A stretch of 64,000 nucleotides of DNA from assembly GCA_017303995.1 (NCBI GenBank), contig JAFLBE010000017.1, positions 4,000 to 67,999 on the forward strand, in the 5' to 3' direction. The notes below the pieces were generated by a model. It worked only from the letters and a program-made list of their open reading frames with translations, was not told the origin of the DNA and made no database searches. The translations under genes were made by a program, and so were the position numbers. The stretch's first letter is position 1; the number at the start of each line of letters is the position of its first letter. This DNA comes from Bacteroidota bacterium (GTDB lineage: Bacteria; Bacteroidota; JABWAT01). Shown piece after piece: positions 46,635 to 55,568 of the stretch.

Positions 46635-47644
46635 TGAACGATCTTTATGAAATTTTCACTGCCTATTATCATCAGGCAGTCGACTATGCAGACCAGCATG
46701 AGTTCAAAAAATCATCAGAATCATTTGAAAAAGCATTTGATGTTCTGAATGAAATCAGGTCAGAGGCGTTAAGGAAGTATGCGGGTAAAAAAATAACCCG
46801 AGTCAAAACTCAGGAAGAAGTTGATCTTGAGCGGTTGAAAGGTGTTGTTCTCGATCTCAGAAATCGGGTGGGTGATCTTTACCTTGAACTGGACGATCTT
46901 GAACTTGATCTCGGAAAATTCCAAACAGAATATAATGCCAGGGTTGGAAAGTTTTTTATAGAACTTGATCAGGCAGAATATGCTATTAATCTGATGCGCT
47001 TAAAGTTTGAACGTTATCATTCTGGGAAAGCCTGGGATGATGAAAGTATTTCTCAGGAATTGTCTGACTTCAAGAAACAACTTGAAACTGATGAAAACCA
47101 GCTTCATGAAGATGAAAAAAACCTGCGTGAATTTATTCACAAGAACAGAGAACTTTCAGAAGATCAGAAAAGAGAATTGCGAAGTCTCTACCGTGATTTG
47201 GCCAAGATTTACCATCCTGATAAAGCACGGACAGACGAAGAAAAAAGCTATTTTGAGGATGTGATGAAGGAAATTAATGAAGCCTATCATCATTCAAATC
47301 TGGATAGTCTGAAAAAAATTGATGCTAAAGCTCAGCTTCTGATCGAGGTTGAACAAATTGGTGAGTCCTTAAATGAAAAACTCTCAAGACTTGGAACTGA
47401 GGAAAGAAAGTTGTCGGCTTTGATCTCTTCTATCTCTAAACGTACCCAGGAATTGAGATCTTCTGATACCTATGCACTTTTTATCAAAGTGCAAAATTTT
47501 CAACCCTCAAGTAATGAGTATTTTTTAGGCGTAATTGATGATTTGGAACAACGAATCAAGCGTAAAAAGGTAGAACTTGCCCGTCTTAAGGAGCAATTTT
47601 CAGTTCTGACCTCCAAATCAAACGAAAAGGTTTTGGTGTTTTAA
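46634..47644 (+). CDS. J-domain (DnaJ-like) protein with flanking coiled coils
   Basis: Internal J-domain KRELRSLYRDLAKIYHPDKARTDEEKSYFEDVMKEINEAY with the HPD tripeptide. The rest is heptad coiled-coil. The start overlaps the WD40 stop. Confidence 0.65.
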   Translation: MNDLYEIFTAYYHQAVDYADQHEFKKSSESFEKAFDVLNEIRSEALRKYAGKKITRVKTQEEVDLERLKGVVLDLRNRVGDLYLELDDLELDLGKFQTEYNARVGKFFIELDQAEYAINLMRLKFERYHSGKAWDDESISQELSDFKKQLETDENQLHEDEKNLREFIHKNRELSEDQKRELRSLYRDLAKIYHPDKARTDEEKSYFEDVMKEINEAYHHSNLDSLKKIDAKAQLLIEVEQIGESLNEKLSRLGTEERKLSALISSISKRTQELRSSDTYALFIKVQNFQPSSNEYFLGVIDDLEQRIKRKKVELARLKEQFSVLTSKSNEKVLVF

Positions 47645-47718
47645 TTTTTTGTGATGCCCTTCACATTAGAATTCGTCTAAACAGAAGTATCTTTGGTGCA
47701 GAATTTTCATGAGGAAAT

Positions 47719-48408
47719 ATGCCAGGGATACTTCTTTTTTGTTTTATCGTTTTTACAGGGTTTATTTTTGACCTGAACGCACAGGATACCGGAACGGCTA
47801 TCATATCTGGTCAAGTTGAGATTTCGAGCCAGCAAACAACTGTAAATACGCGATCCCGTGGCAGTTTGTATCGAAGCCGTTACCAAAACAAGAAAATTCC
47901 AACCAAAACGCAGAATTCTGATCCTTATCAGGATGTTGTGGTCTATTTAACACCCCTTGATTTCAAACCTGAATTCTCGCCTGTAACTCCCACTCCAAGG
48001 TTGGTTCAGAAAGATGTCTCATTTTCACCCCGTGTTTTAGCTATTACTGTTGGTTCACCCGTTTTAATTGTGAATGAGGACCGTATTTACCACAATGTTT
48101 TCAGTAAAAGTCAGGTCCAAAGTTTTAATATCGGAAAACGCCTGACCGGTGAAAATATCTACCAAACCTTTAACAGGGCGGGACTGATTCAGGTTTTTTG
48201 TAACATTCACTCTAATATGTCTAGTCATATTTTGGTTTTGGAAACGCCGTGGTTTTCAAAATTGGATGAAACCGGTCAGTTTGAATTCAAAAATATTCCT
48301 GATGGCAATTATAAGGTGGAAGTTTTTCATCCCGATTTTTCAGTTGAACCACTCAAACTTGCTGTTAAAGCTGGATCCCGAAATAAAATTAAATTATCAC
48401 TTCATTAA
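47719..48408 (+). CDS. Secreted cupredoxin-like (putative type-1 copper) protein with a carboxypeptidase-regulatory-like C-terminus
   Basis: Signal peptide. Candidate T1Cu ligands: upstream His (IYHNVF) and a C-x2-H-x2-M loop (FCNIHSNM), as in amicyanin/plastocyanin. C-terminal GQFEFKNIPDGNYKVEVF. Confidence 0.4.
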   Translation: MPGILLFCFIVFTGFIFDLNAQDTGTAIISGQVEISSQQTTVNTRSRGSLYRSRYQNKKIPTKTQNSDPYQDVVVYLTPLDFKPEFSPVTPTPRLVQKDVSFSPRVLAITVGSPVLIVNEDRIYHNVFSKSQVQSFNIGKRLTGENIYQTFNRAGLIQVFCNIHSNMSSHILVLETPWFSKLDETGQFEFKNIPDGNYKVEVFHPDFSVEPLKLAVKAGSRNKIKLSLH

Positions 48409-48416
48409 AACACATT

Positions 48417-50129
48417 ATGTTCTCAAAAATTCAGTTTAAACTTATTGTTCTAATTTCTCTCGTCATTTTTGTTTTGCTCATGGGCGTGCTTCTCGTTATT
48501 ACCCAAACCGTTGAAACTCAAATTGTCGAAAAAATCAGATCCGACTTTAAAAAATCTCAGGCTACGTTCGAGGTTATTCAAAAACTTAATTACGATCGGT
48601 TGGTTGAAACTTCGCTGATTTTATCTGATCAGCCGGTTTTAAAAGAAACCATTTCGCTGCTCAACGATCCGAAAAACAAACTTGCAGATGTAAGCAACAC
48701 GGTTGCTGTAACCATTTCTGATCTTGCAAATTCTGTAAAGGCAGATTTGATTCTGGTAACTGATAATAACGGCGTTCTACTTTCAAGTTTAACTCAACCT
48801 GGCATTTACGGCGATTCTCTTGCCAGTCATTCGTTTATCCAAAAATCGTTATCCGGTGCTGATCCTGAGGTAAGTCCGGAATTTATCACTTTATGGTATA
48901 GGGACAATTTTTTGTTTCAGGTGGTTTCGGTTCCAGCCTTTACTGATAATTTCCAGTCAGTTGTTGGGACTTTAACGCTTGGAACCATCATTGGTCAGCG
49001 CGAAGCAGATACCCTGAAATATATTACAGGGTTTGATGTTACATTTGTTCTGGATTCGATGATCATTGCCTCGACTCTCAGAAAGGGTGACCAGTTTCTG
49101 ATGATTGATCAGATTATGAAGAATAAAGGTTGGATTGAGACGGTTGATTCAACGATGAAATCAACGCCGGTTTTTGATCTTCCGCTCACCGCCGACAAGT
49201 TTTTCAATGTTTTGGCACCGGTTGGAAAAGGCGCACATGCTTTTTACGTTTTGTCCAGTCCGTACAATACTCAGTTGACCGTGATCCGGAATATTCAAAC
49301 GGTCATTTATTACACGGGTGGGATCTCACTTTTACTGGCCATTCTTGTTACCATTTTTCTGGGAACTTCAATAACACGACCGATTAAGGCACTTTCGGCT
49401 GGGGTCGAACGGATTAAAAGCGGAAATTATGACGTGAGTATTGACGTCAATACGAAAGATGAACTTGGTTTGCTTACCACAGCTTTTAACGAAATGGCCA
49501 AAGGCCTAAAGGAACGGTTTCACCTGCTGCGATATGTTGGCAGTCATACCAAAGAAATGATTGGGTTGTCCGATTCTACTGAAGCTAATTTTGCAGGTCA
49601 GCGGGTTGAGGCAACAGTATTGTTCAGTGATATCAGAGGGTTTACTGCCTATTCTGAAAAAATAACTCCAGAAGAAGTTATTGGGATGCTGAATCAATAT
49701 CTCAGTATTCAGGCAGAACTGGTTGAAAAGTACCGGGGTTCAGTCGATAAGTTCGTTGGTGATGAAATGGTTGCCATTTTCCTGAACGACGATCAGGAAG
49801 CCCGTGCTTCATTTTGCGCAACTGAAATTTTACGAAAAACCCGGGAAATGAATTTGAACAATGAAAAGCCAATTGGCATCGGGATCGGCATCAATACCGG
49901 ACAGGTTGTTCTTGGTAATATGGGCAGTCAAAACCGGCTGGATTATACGGTTATCGGCGCAAATGTGAACCTTGGTGCAAGACTTTGCAGTGCTGCAAAA
50001 GCCGGACAGATACTGATGACTGAATCAACCGCCGGAAAATTGCCATCTTCAATATCCGTCAATCCGCTTGAACCCATGAATTTTAAAGGGTTCAGCAAGG
50101 CCATCCAAATTTTTGAGGTGAAGGTATGA
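48417..50129 (+). CDS. Membrane class III adenylate/guanylate cyclase with a periplasmic sensor domain and HAMP
   Basis: TM1, a ~270-aa extracytoplasmic domain, TM2 (ISLLLAILVTIFLG), HAMP (LGLLTTAFNEMAKGL) and CHD motifs VLFSDIRGFT...FVGDEMVAIF...GIGINTGQVVLGNMGS. Confidence 0.75.
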   Translation: MFSKIQFKLIVLISLVIFVLLMGVLLVITQTVETQIVEKIRSDFKKSQATFEVIQKLNYDRLVETSLILSDQPVLKETISLLNDPKNKLADVSNTVAVTISDLANSVKADLILVTDNNGVLLSSLTQPGIYGDSLASHSFIQKSLSGADPEVSPEFITLWYRDNFLFQVVSVPAFTDNFQSVVGTLTLGTIIGQREADTLKYITGFDVTFVLDSMIIASTLRKGDQFLMIDQIMKNKGWIETVDSTMKSTPVFDLPLTADKFFNVLAPVGKGAHAFYVLSSPYNTQLTVIRNIQTVIYYTGGISLLLAILVTIFLGTSITRPIKALSAGVERIKSGNYDVSIDVNTKDELGLLTTAFNEMAKGLKERFHLLRYVGSHTKEMIGLSDSTEANFAGQRVEATVLFSDIRGFTAYSEKITPEEVIGMLNQYLSIQAELVEKYRGSVDKFVGDEMVAIFLNDDQEARASFCATEILRKTREMNLNNEKPIGIGIGINTGQVVLGNMGSQNRLDYTVIGANVNLGARLCSAAKAGQILMTESTAGKLPSSISVNPLEPMNFKGFSKAIQIFEVKV

Positions 50130-51295
50130 AAAAACTTTTTTTCCTTCTGATTCCTGTTCTTTTCTGCTTTCAGAATCGGGTTTCAGCACAGGTTGAATGG
50201 AGTGGCATCGCCGATGTTGGGTTTTCAATGGGCGGACCTGATTCCAAATTTATTTCCAACGGAATTTCAAACCGCTATCCGAATTTTAGTCTGATGAATT
50301 TGAATTTGTTTCTGGGAAGTCAGATTTCTGAGGATTTCAGCTTTTCCGGGAAATTGTTGTATGCTCCTGCTCAGTATGGGTATGGAAGTTATCCCAGGCT
50401 GGTTTTTGCAAGTGTGAATTATGATCCAGCAGGTGAAAGTTATGGATTTTCTATCGGCCGGGTTTTAACTCCGTTCGGGCTTTTTGCAAAGCGTCAGCAT
50501 TCTACTGAAAATATTTCCTTTCTTCCCCCGTTGGTTTATGGCTATTTCATAAATATCAGCAGTTTGCGGGGTTACTGGCCAATTTCCGGGGATAATGGTA
50601 GTTACGGTTCTGATGATGTCGGGTTAAATTCCGTTTTTCAAGGCGGATATCAGATGGGACTCAAAGGATATTATGCCTTTGAAGATTTGTTTGATGTTGA
50701 GTTGATGATTTCTAACGCACCGGTTTCTGCCGGATCTGAGGTGAAAAATAGCGGATCCATTTCGGGTTCGGGTCGGATTGGAATTAAACCGGTGATGTGG
50801 GCAAATCTGGGTTTTTCTGGCAGTTATGGTTCCTACATGGAGCGAACAGGAGAAAATTCTGTAATTGGAAACATTCAGAAGTATAAGCAAACGACCCTTG
50901 GAACGGATGCCAGTTTTGCCTATAGCTACTTTGAACTTTCGGGCGAATATATTTATTCCAGTTGGACAGCACCCAAATTTGCTAAAGGTGCCTTTGTGAA
51001 TAATTTGGGTGCCCATCCAACATTTAACCTTTTTAACCATGGTGCTTATGCTGATCTTAAAATTGATATACCACAAATTCCGGGTTTATTTATTGCCGGA
51101 AGGTTTGACCGGATTTGGTTTGATAAGGTTCAAAACGTTGTTTGGGATCTCGATCATGACCGGTTTACCGGTGTAATTGGATATACCTGGCAAAAGGGGA
51201 TCCTCTTAAAACTGGTAGGATTTACCCAAACCAACTCTGGTGCCGTTGATTTTAAAGAAGATGGGTTGGCTGCACTTATAACCGTTAGCTTTTAA
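50126..51295 (+). CDS. Outer-membrane beta-barrel protein, unknown function
   Basis: Signal peptide, alternating hydrophobic beta-strands, Gly/Tyr/Ser-rich, aromatic C-terminal residue (LITVSF). ATGA overlap with the cyclase gene. Confidence 0.4.
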   Translation: MKKLFFLLIPVLFCFQNRVSAQVEWSGIADVGFSMGGPDSKFISNGISNRYPNFSLMNLNLFLGSQISEDFSFSGKLLYAPAQYGYGSYPRLVFASVNYDPAGESYGFSIGRVLTPFGLFAKRQHSTENISFLPPLVYGYFINISSLRGYWPISGDNGSYGSDDVGLNSVFQGGYQMGLKGYYAFEDLFDVELMISNAPVSAGSEVKNSGSISGSGRIGIKPVMWANLGFSGSYGSYMERTGENSVIGNIQKYKQTTLGTDASFAYSYFELSGEYIYSSWTAPKFAKGAFVNNLGAHPTFNLFNHGAYADLKIDIPQIPGLFIAGRFDRIWFDKVQNVVWDLDHDRFTGVIGYTWQKGILLKLVGFTQTNSGAVDFKEDGLAALITVSF

Positions 51296-51303
51296 GGAGA
51301 ATT

Positions 51304-51867
51304 ATGGATCGTCGTCATTTTTTAAAATCAGCGGGTCTGGCATCGGTCGGATTACCAGTTCTGCTTTCCGGATGTGATATTACCGATTCCTCAACTAATG
51401 GAACGGTAAAGGGGGATGACATTGAAGTTTTGCAAAAAGTTGTGAAAATGGAAGGTGTTGCCGTGGCCACTTACAATACCGCCGCCTCACTAATTACAAC
51501 ACCTGCATATTTGAATGTAGCAGTTGCATTCAGAGATTCACATCAAAGTCATGCTGCCTATATCAACAATGTACTTTCCTCAATCGGTGGATCCAAAATT
51601 GATATTTCAACCTCTTCTGCTGATCCCCGTGCAGCCAGTGTAACAGATGAACTTTCTGTGCTGAATCTGGCTGCTATAATGGAGTTCGAGGCGGGTGAAG
51701 CTTATTTCAAACACATGTTTGAATCGGTTATTTCCAGTGTGGCGGCAAAGAAAGCACTTGCTGATATCTACCCGATTGAAGTTCAGCATTATCTCACGTT
51801 CAGAAGTGCACTTGGTGATCCTGATGCCATTAAGTATGCTTTATTTTCCACGATAAAACGCCCCTGA
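51304..51867 (+). CDS. Tat-exported lipoprotein, ferritin-like (DUF4439-like) domain
   Basis: Twin-arginine motif DRRHFLK, lipobox LLSGC, and helical Glu/His-rich segments (EFEAGEAYFKHMFE; DSHQSHAAY). Confidence 0.4.
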   Translation: MDRRHFLKSAGLASVGLPVLLSGCDITDSSTNGTVKGDDIEVLQKVVKMEGVAVATYNTAASLITTPAYLNVAVAFRDSHQSHAAYINNVLSSIGGSKIDISTSSADPRAASVTDELSVLNLAAIMEFEAGEAYFKHMFESVISSVAAKKALADIYPIEVQHYLTFRSALGDPDAIKYALFSTIKRP

Positions 51868-51926
51868 ATTTTTGATACTCACGCATAGATCCTTTATTTT
51901 TACAGGTTTAAAAGTAAAGGATCATT

Positions 51927-53363
51927 ATGTCAGTTCGTGTGCGATTTGCACCCAGTCCTACCGGCTACCTCCACGTTGGCGGTTTAAGAACCGCACTTTA
52001 TAATTACCTCTTCGCCAAAAAACATGGCGGAACATTTATCCTCCGGATCGAAGATACTGACCGTACCCGCCTGGTTCAGGGCGCACTTGAAAATCTGGTT
52101 TCAACATTAACCTGGTCAGGACTTCCGTTTGATGAAGGTCCCGGCGTTGGCGGTCCGCACGGACCTTACATCCAATCTGAACGTACAGAGCTTTATCAAC
52201 GGTTGGGAAAGGAACTTCTCGACAACGGACATGCCTACAAGTGCTTCTGTACTTCAGAACGGCTTGATGATATGCGGAATTATCAGCAGCGAATGGGTCA
52301 GCCACCCCGCTATGATAAATTTTGTGAACATCTAAGTGCAGCTGAAATTAAAGAAAAAGAAGACGCTGGGTTACCTTACGTCGTCAGAATGAAAGTTCCT
52401 GAGCGCACGATCAGGTTTCATGATGAAATCCGTGGATTGATTGAAATTGAACCTTCGAACATTGATGATCAGGTTTTACTTAAATCTGACGGATTCCCGA
52501 CTTATCACCTTGCCAATGTGATTGATGATCATGACATGGAAATTACCCACGTGATCAGGGGTGAAGAATGGCTGCCAAGTACGCCTAAGCATATTCTTCT
52601 TTATGAGTATTTTGGCTGGACACCCCCCAAATTTGCTCACCTTCCTTTGTTGCTAAATTCTGACCGGTCAAAACTTTCGAAGCGCCAGGGTGATGTAGCC
52701 GTTGAAGATTATAAAGCAAAAGGATACGAAAGGGAAGCGTTGATAAACTTCGTTGCGTTTCTGGGCTGGAATCCGGGTTCTGAAAAGGAAATTTATAGTT
52801 TGCAGGAACTCGGACAGGAATTTGATCTGGATCGTGTCGGGAAATCGGGTGCCATATTCAATGTTGAAAAACTCAACTGGTTTAATCAGCAGCACTTGAA
52901 GGTAAAACCTGCTGCTGATATTCTGGAGCAAATCCGGCCTGTGATCAGTGAACATGGAATAACCGCTTCTGATGAATTCATTATAAAAGTTATTGAGCTG
53001 ATGAGAGACCGTGTGAATTTCCTGCCGGAATTTGTCACCTTTGCCCTGTATTTTTATCAGGATCCGAAAGAGTATGATATGGAAGCCATTTCCAAAAAGT
53101 GGAATCCCGAAACGTTATCCTCACTTTCAGCATTAAACGAAAATCTGAAGAATCTGGAAAACTTTACCCACGAGCAGATTGAAAATCAACTCAAGCTGAC
53201 TGCAGAAATGCTTGGTGTAAAAGCAGGTGGAATGGTTCAGCCTTTGAGAATTGCAATTTCAGGTGTTTCAGCAGGACCGGCACTTTATATGATGATGGAA
53301 ATTCTTGGAATAGAAACCTGTCTTCGCAGGCTGGAAAAAGCGGTTAATTCTATTAAGTTATAA
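51927..53363 (+). CDS. gltX: Glutamyl-tRNA synthetase
   Basis: N-terminal class I HIGH region RFAPSPTGYLHVGGLRTAL and KMSKS-like KLSKRQG. Confidence 0.9.
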   Translation: MSVRVRFAPSPTGYLHVGGLRTALYNYLFAKKHGGTFILRIEDTDRTRLVQGALENLVSTLTWSGLPFDEGPGVGGPHGPYIQSERTELYQRLGKELLDNGHAYKCFCTSERLDDMRNYQQRMGQPPRYDKFCEHLSAAEIKEKEDAGLPYVVRMKVPERTIRFHDEIRGLIEIEPSNIDDQVLLKSDGFPTYHLANVIDDHDMEITHVIRGEEWLPSTPKHILLYEYFGWTPPKFAHLPLLLNSDRSKLSKRQGDVAVEDYKAKGYEREALINFVAFLGWNPGSEKEIYSLQELGQEFDLDRVGKSGAIFNVEKLNWFNQQHLKVKPAADILEQIRPVISEHGITASDEFIIKVIELMRDRVNFLPEFVTFALYFYQDPKEYDMEAISKKWNPETLSSLSALNENLKNLENFTHEQIENQLKLTAEMLGVKAGGMVQPLRIAISGVSAGPALYMMMEILGIETCLRRLEKAVNSIKL

Positions 53364-53370
53364 GTTATTT

Positions 53371-53393
53371 GGGGTACGGGGTACGGGGTACGG
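53371..53393. repeat. Tandem heptamer GGGGTAC x 3.3
   Basis: ggggtacggggtacggggtacgg immediately 3' of gltX. Confidence 0.8.
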
Positions 53394-53452
53394 AAGAAAA
53401 TGGGAAAAACAATTTAATCAATTGAGTTTGGATTTTGAATTTGAATTAAATT

Positions 53453-53517
53453 CCCCTCCTTTTCCAAAGGAGAGCCACCCCCCGAATGCTTTCGGGGGGT
53501 GGCGAAGCCGGGGTGGT
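53453..53517. repeat. GC-rich palindromic intergenic repeat element, copy A (perfect 12-bp-stem hairpin at 53475-53502)
   Basis: cccctccttttccaaaggagagcc + CCACCCCCCGAA-tgct-TTCGGGGGGTGG + cgaagccggggtgg. An inverted related copy lies at 61564-61634. Confidence 0.75.
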
Positions 53518-53650
53518 TTTTCTGAATTCCCAAAAATCAAACCACCCTTGCACGGGCACTTTGCCCTTCGATAAAATTTTTTGCTTTGCAAAAAATCACT
53601 CAGGGTGACAGACTCAGTGATCGTACCACCTCAAAACCCCCAAAAAATTC

Positions 53651-53682
53651 AAAGGCTGATGGTAATCCATCAGCCTTTTTTA
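53651..53682 (+). terminator. Rho-independent terminator
   Basis: aaaggctgatgg-taat-ccatcagccttt followed by a T-run. Confidence 0.7.
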
Positions 53683-53734
53683 TTATTTTTACAACGAAAC
53701 TAAACCAAAGTATCGTAAATTTCATCAAACCGCC

Positions 53735-54346
53735 ATGAACAGTGAATCACCGGCATCTGTACAGAGTTTGGGTTCGCCAGTTGTTTTACAGACAACCGAT
53801 TCTGAAGATCTGGATTTGGTGCAAAAAATTAAGTCCGGCCGGTCAGATGAGGCTTTTGCCCGTTTGATGAAAAAATATCAGAAACGGGTTTACTGGCTGG
53901 TAAGGCGTACGATTTTTGACCATTATGATGCCGATGAAGTAACCCAGCAGGTTTTTATCAATTTATACGAGAAAATTCACCTGTTCCGGGAAGATTCCAA
54001 ATTTTATACCTGGCTTTACCGGATAGTTTCCAATCAGGTGCTTCAGTTTTTAAGAGCTCAAAAGGTCAGAAGCTGGGTTGGTCTTGATGCTGTTTTATCA
54101 GTAAAAAAAGCCGACCACCCTGATGCAAGTGAAGTTTTGGTTCAGTCTGAATGGGAAGAAAAACTCCAGAAAACGATTGCCACTCTTCCTGCCAGACAAC
54201 GACTGGTTTTTAATATGCGGTATCATGATGAACTGTCGTACGATGAAATTGCTGAAATTCTTGGAACTTCAGTTGGCGGTTTGAAAGCCAACTATTTCCA
54301 TGCCGTAGCCAAAGTGAAAGAGGTTATGAAAAATGAAAACATGTAA
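53735..54346 (+). CDS. ECF-type RNA polymerase sigma factor
   Basis: Region 2 YWLVRRTIFDHYDADEVTQQVFINLYEKI...FYTWLYRIVSNQ. Region 4 LPARQRLVFNMRYHDELSYDEIAEILGTSVGGLKANYFHA. Confidence 0.8.
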   Translation: MNSESPASVQSLGSPVVLQTTDSEDLDLVQKIKSGRSDEAFARLMKKYQKRVYWLVRRTIFDHYDADEVTQQVFINLYEKIHLFREDSKFYTWLYRIVSNQVLQFLRAQKVRSWVGLDAVLSVKKADHPDASEVLVQSEWEEKLQKTIATLPARQRLVFNMRYHDELSYDEIAEILGTSVGGLKANYFHAVAKVKEVMKNENM

Positions 54347-54884
54347 AGAATTTGAAAATCCGACTTCACGAAATAAAACATTTTGGGACACACATTTATC
54401 CGTTTGTGATATTTGTAGTACTGGTTTTGAAGAAGAAACCGCTCTTTTTCAAAAACCCATTTCGCTGCATACACAACCGGCAGAAGACGTTTATTTTTTG
54501 AACCTTCCTGACCGTGTATTGGCAAGAGTTAGCAAGCCAAAAGTTTTCGGGATGCCGATTAACACTTTTAGAAATTTATCCATTGCAGCAGCGGTCGTGA
54601 TAGCTGCCGGACTTACCTGGTTTTATCTTCCTTCACCTTCGGTAACTGAACCCGATTATTCAGATCTGGAAGTTTCCAGAATTCTGCAGGATGAAGCCTT
54701 ACTGACAACCACAGATGAACTTTTTGACATATATTCAACAGATTCAAAAGAAATTGAATCAGCTTTAATGGGATTAACCGAAACCTACCAATTCCCGGTT
54801 TCAGAAGAGCCGGAACCAGTTTTGGATGAAACTGAATTGGAATCCATTTTTCAGGAAGCTGAATCGCAAAGAAAAGGAAGCTAA
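54333..54884 (+). CDS. Zinc-finger (ZAS, H-x3-C-x2-C) transmembrane anti-sigma factor
   Basis: THLSVCDIC motif near the N-terminus. Single TM (IAAAVVIAAGLTWFY). The start overlaps the sigma gene. Confidence 0.6.
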   Translation: MKTCKEFENPTSRNKTFWDTHLSVCDICSTGFEEETALFQKPISLHTQPAEDVYFLNLPDRVLARVSKPKVFGMPINTFRNLSIAAAVVIAAGLTWFYLPSPSVTEPDYSDLEVSRILQDEALLTTTDELFDIYSTDSKEIESALMGLTETYQFPVSEEPEPVLDETELESIFQEAESQRKGS

Positions 54885-54886
54885 AC

Positions 54887-55345
54887 ATGAAAACGATCAC
54901 CCTTATTTTAACACTTTTATTTCTTTCTGCCGGAACCCTTCAGGCACAGGATGACGTCATCCCGGAACGTCAGCGGGAAAAAGTAAAACAGCTTCGTATC
55001 TGGAAATTGACCGATAAACTGAATTTGACCGAAGAGCAAAGCCTCAAATTCTTCCCTGCATATAATAAGAATATGGATGATCAGGAAGCTTTTCGGCATG
55101 AGCGGAAAAAGATTATCCATGATCTGAAAGAAAACGGAGATGCCTTGACTGAAGCCAAGGTTTCAGAAAAGGTAGATCAGATGCTAGAGATTGAACAGAA
55201 AATGTTAACCCGGAGAAAAGAATTTCTTAAATCCCTCGAAGGTATTCTGACTCCGAAGCAAAGAGCCATTCTGGTTGCTTTTGATGCTGAATTCCTGAAG
55301 GATCTTGCAAAAAATATTGAAAAGCGCCGGGAAAATAAGAAGTAG
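54887..55345 (+). CDS. Periplasmic Spy/CpxP-like (LTxxQ-motif) helical protein
   Basis: Signal peptide. LTEEQ and LTPKQ motifs in a Lys/Glu-rich helical protein of 152 aa. Confidence 0.5.
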   Translation: MKTITLILTLLFLSAGTLQAQDDVIPERQREKVKQLRIWKLTDKLNLTEEQSLKFFPAYNKNMDDQEAFRHERKKIIHDLKENGDALTEAKVSEKVDQMLEIEQKMLTRRKEFLKSLEGILTPKQRAILVAFDAEFLKDLAKNIEKRRENKK

Positions 55346-55377
55346 AAAAAAGGGATAGGGCTTCATAAAATACTGGA

Positions 55378-55446
55378 TTCCTCCCGCTTGCGGGACGGGA
55401 ATGACAGCCTAATTTAATAAGTAATAGAAATGATAATGTCATTCCC
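55378..55446. repeat. Small GC-rich palindromes: CTCCCGC-TT-GCGGGA hairpin plus a 10-bp inverted repeat GGGAATGACA...TGTCATTCCC
   Basis: Read from the sequence. The CCCGC-nn-GCGGG hairpin recurs in reverse orientation at 63698-63712. Confidence 0.6.
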
Positions 55447-55568
55447 ATGAAGGTGGGTCATAAAATGTGCGAAGCTCAACCATGCCTTTTCACCAACAAC
55501 CCGCTAACATTTGAACCCTCTACCGCTAATCAATTGGTTTTCATCCCTTTCCTGACGATTTTTGACGA

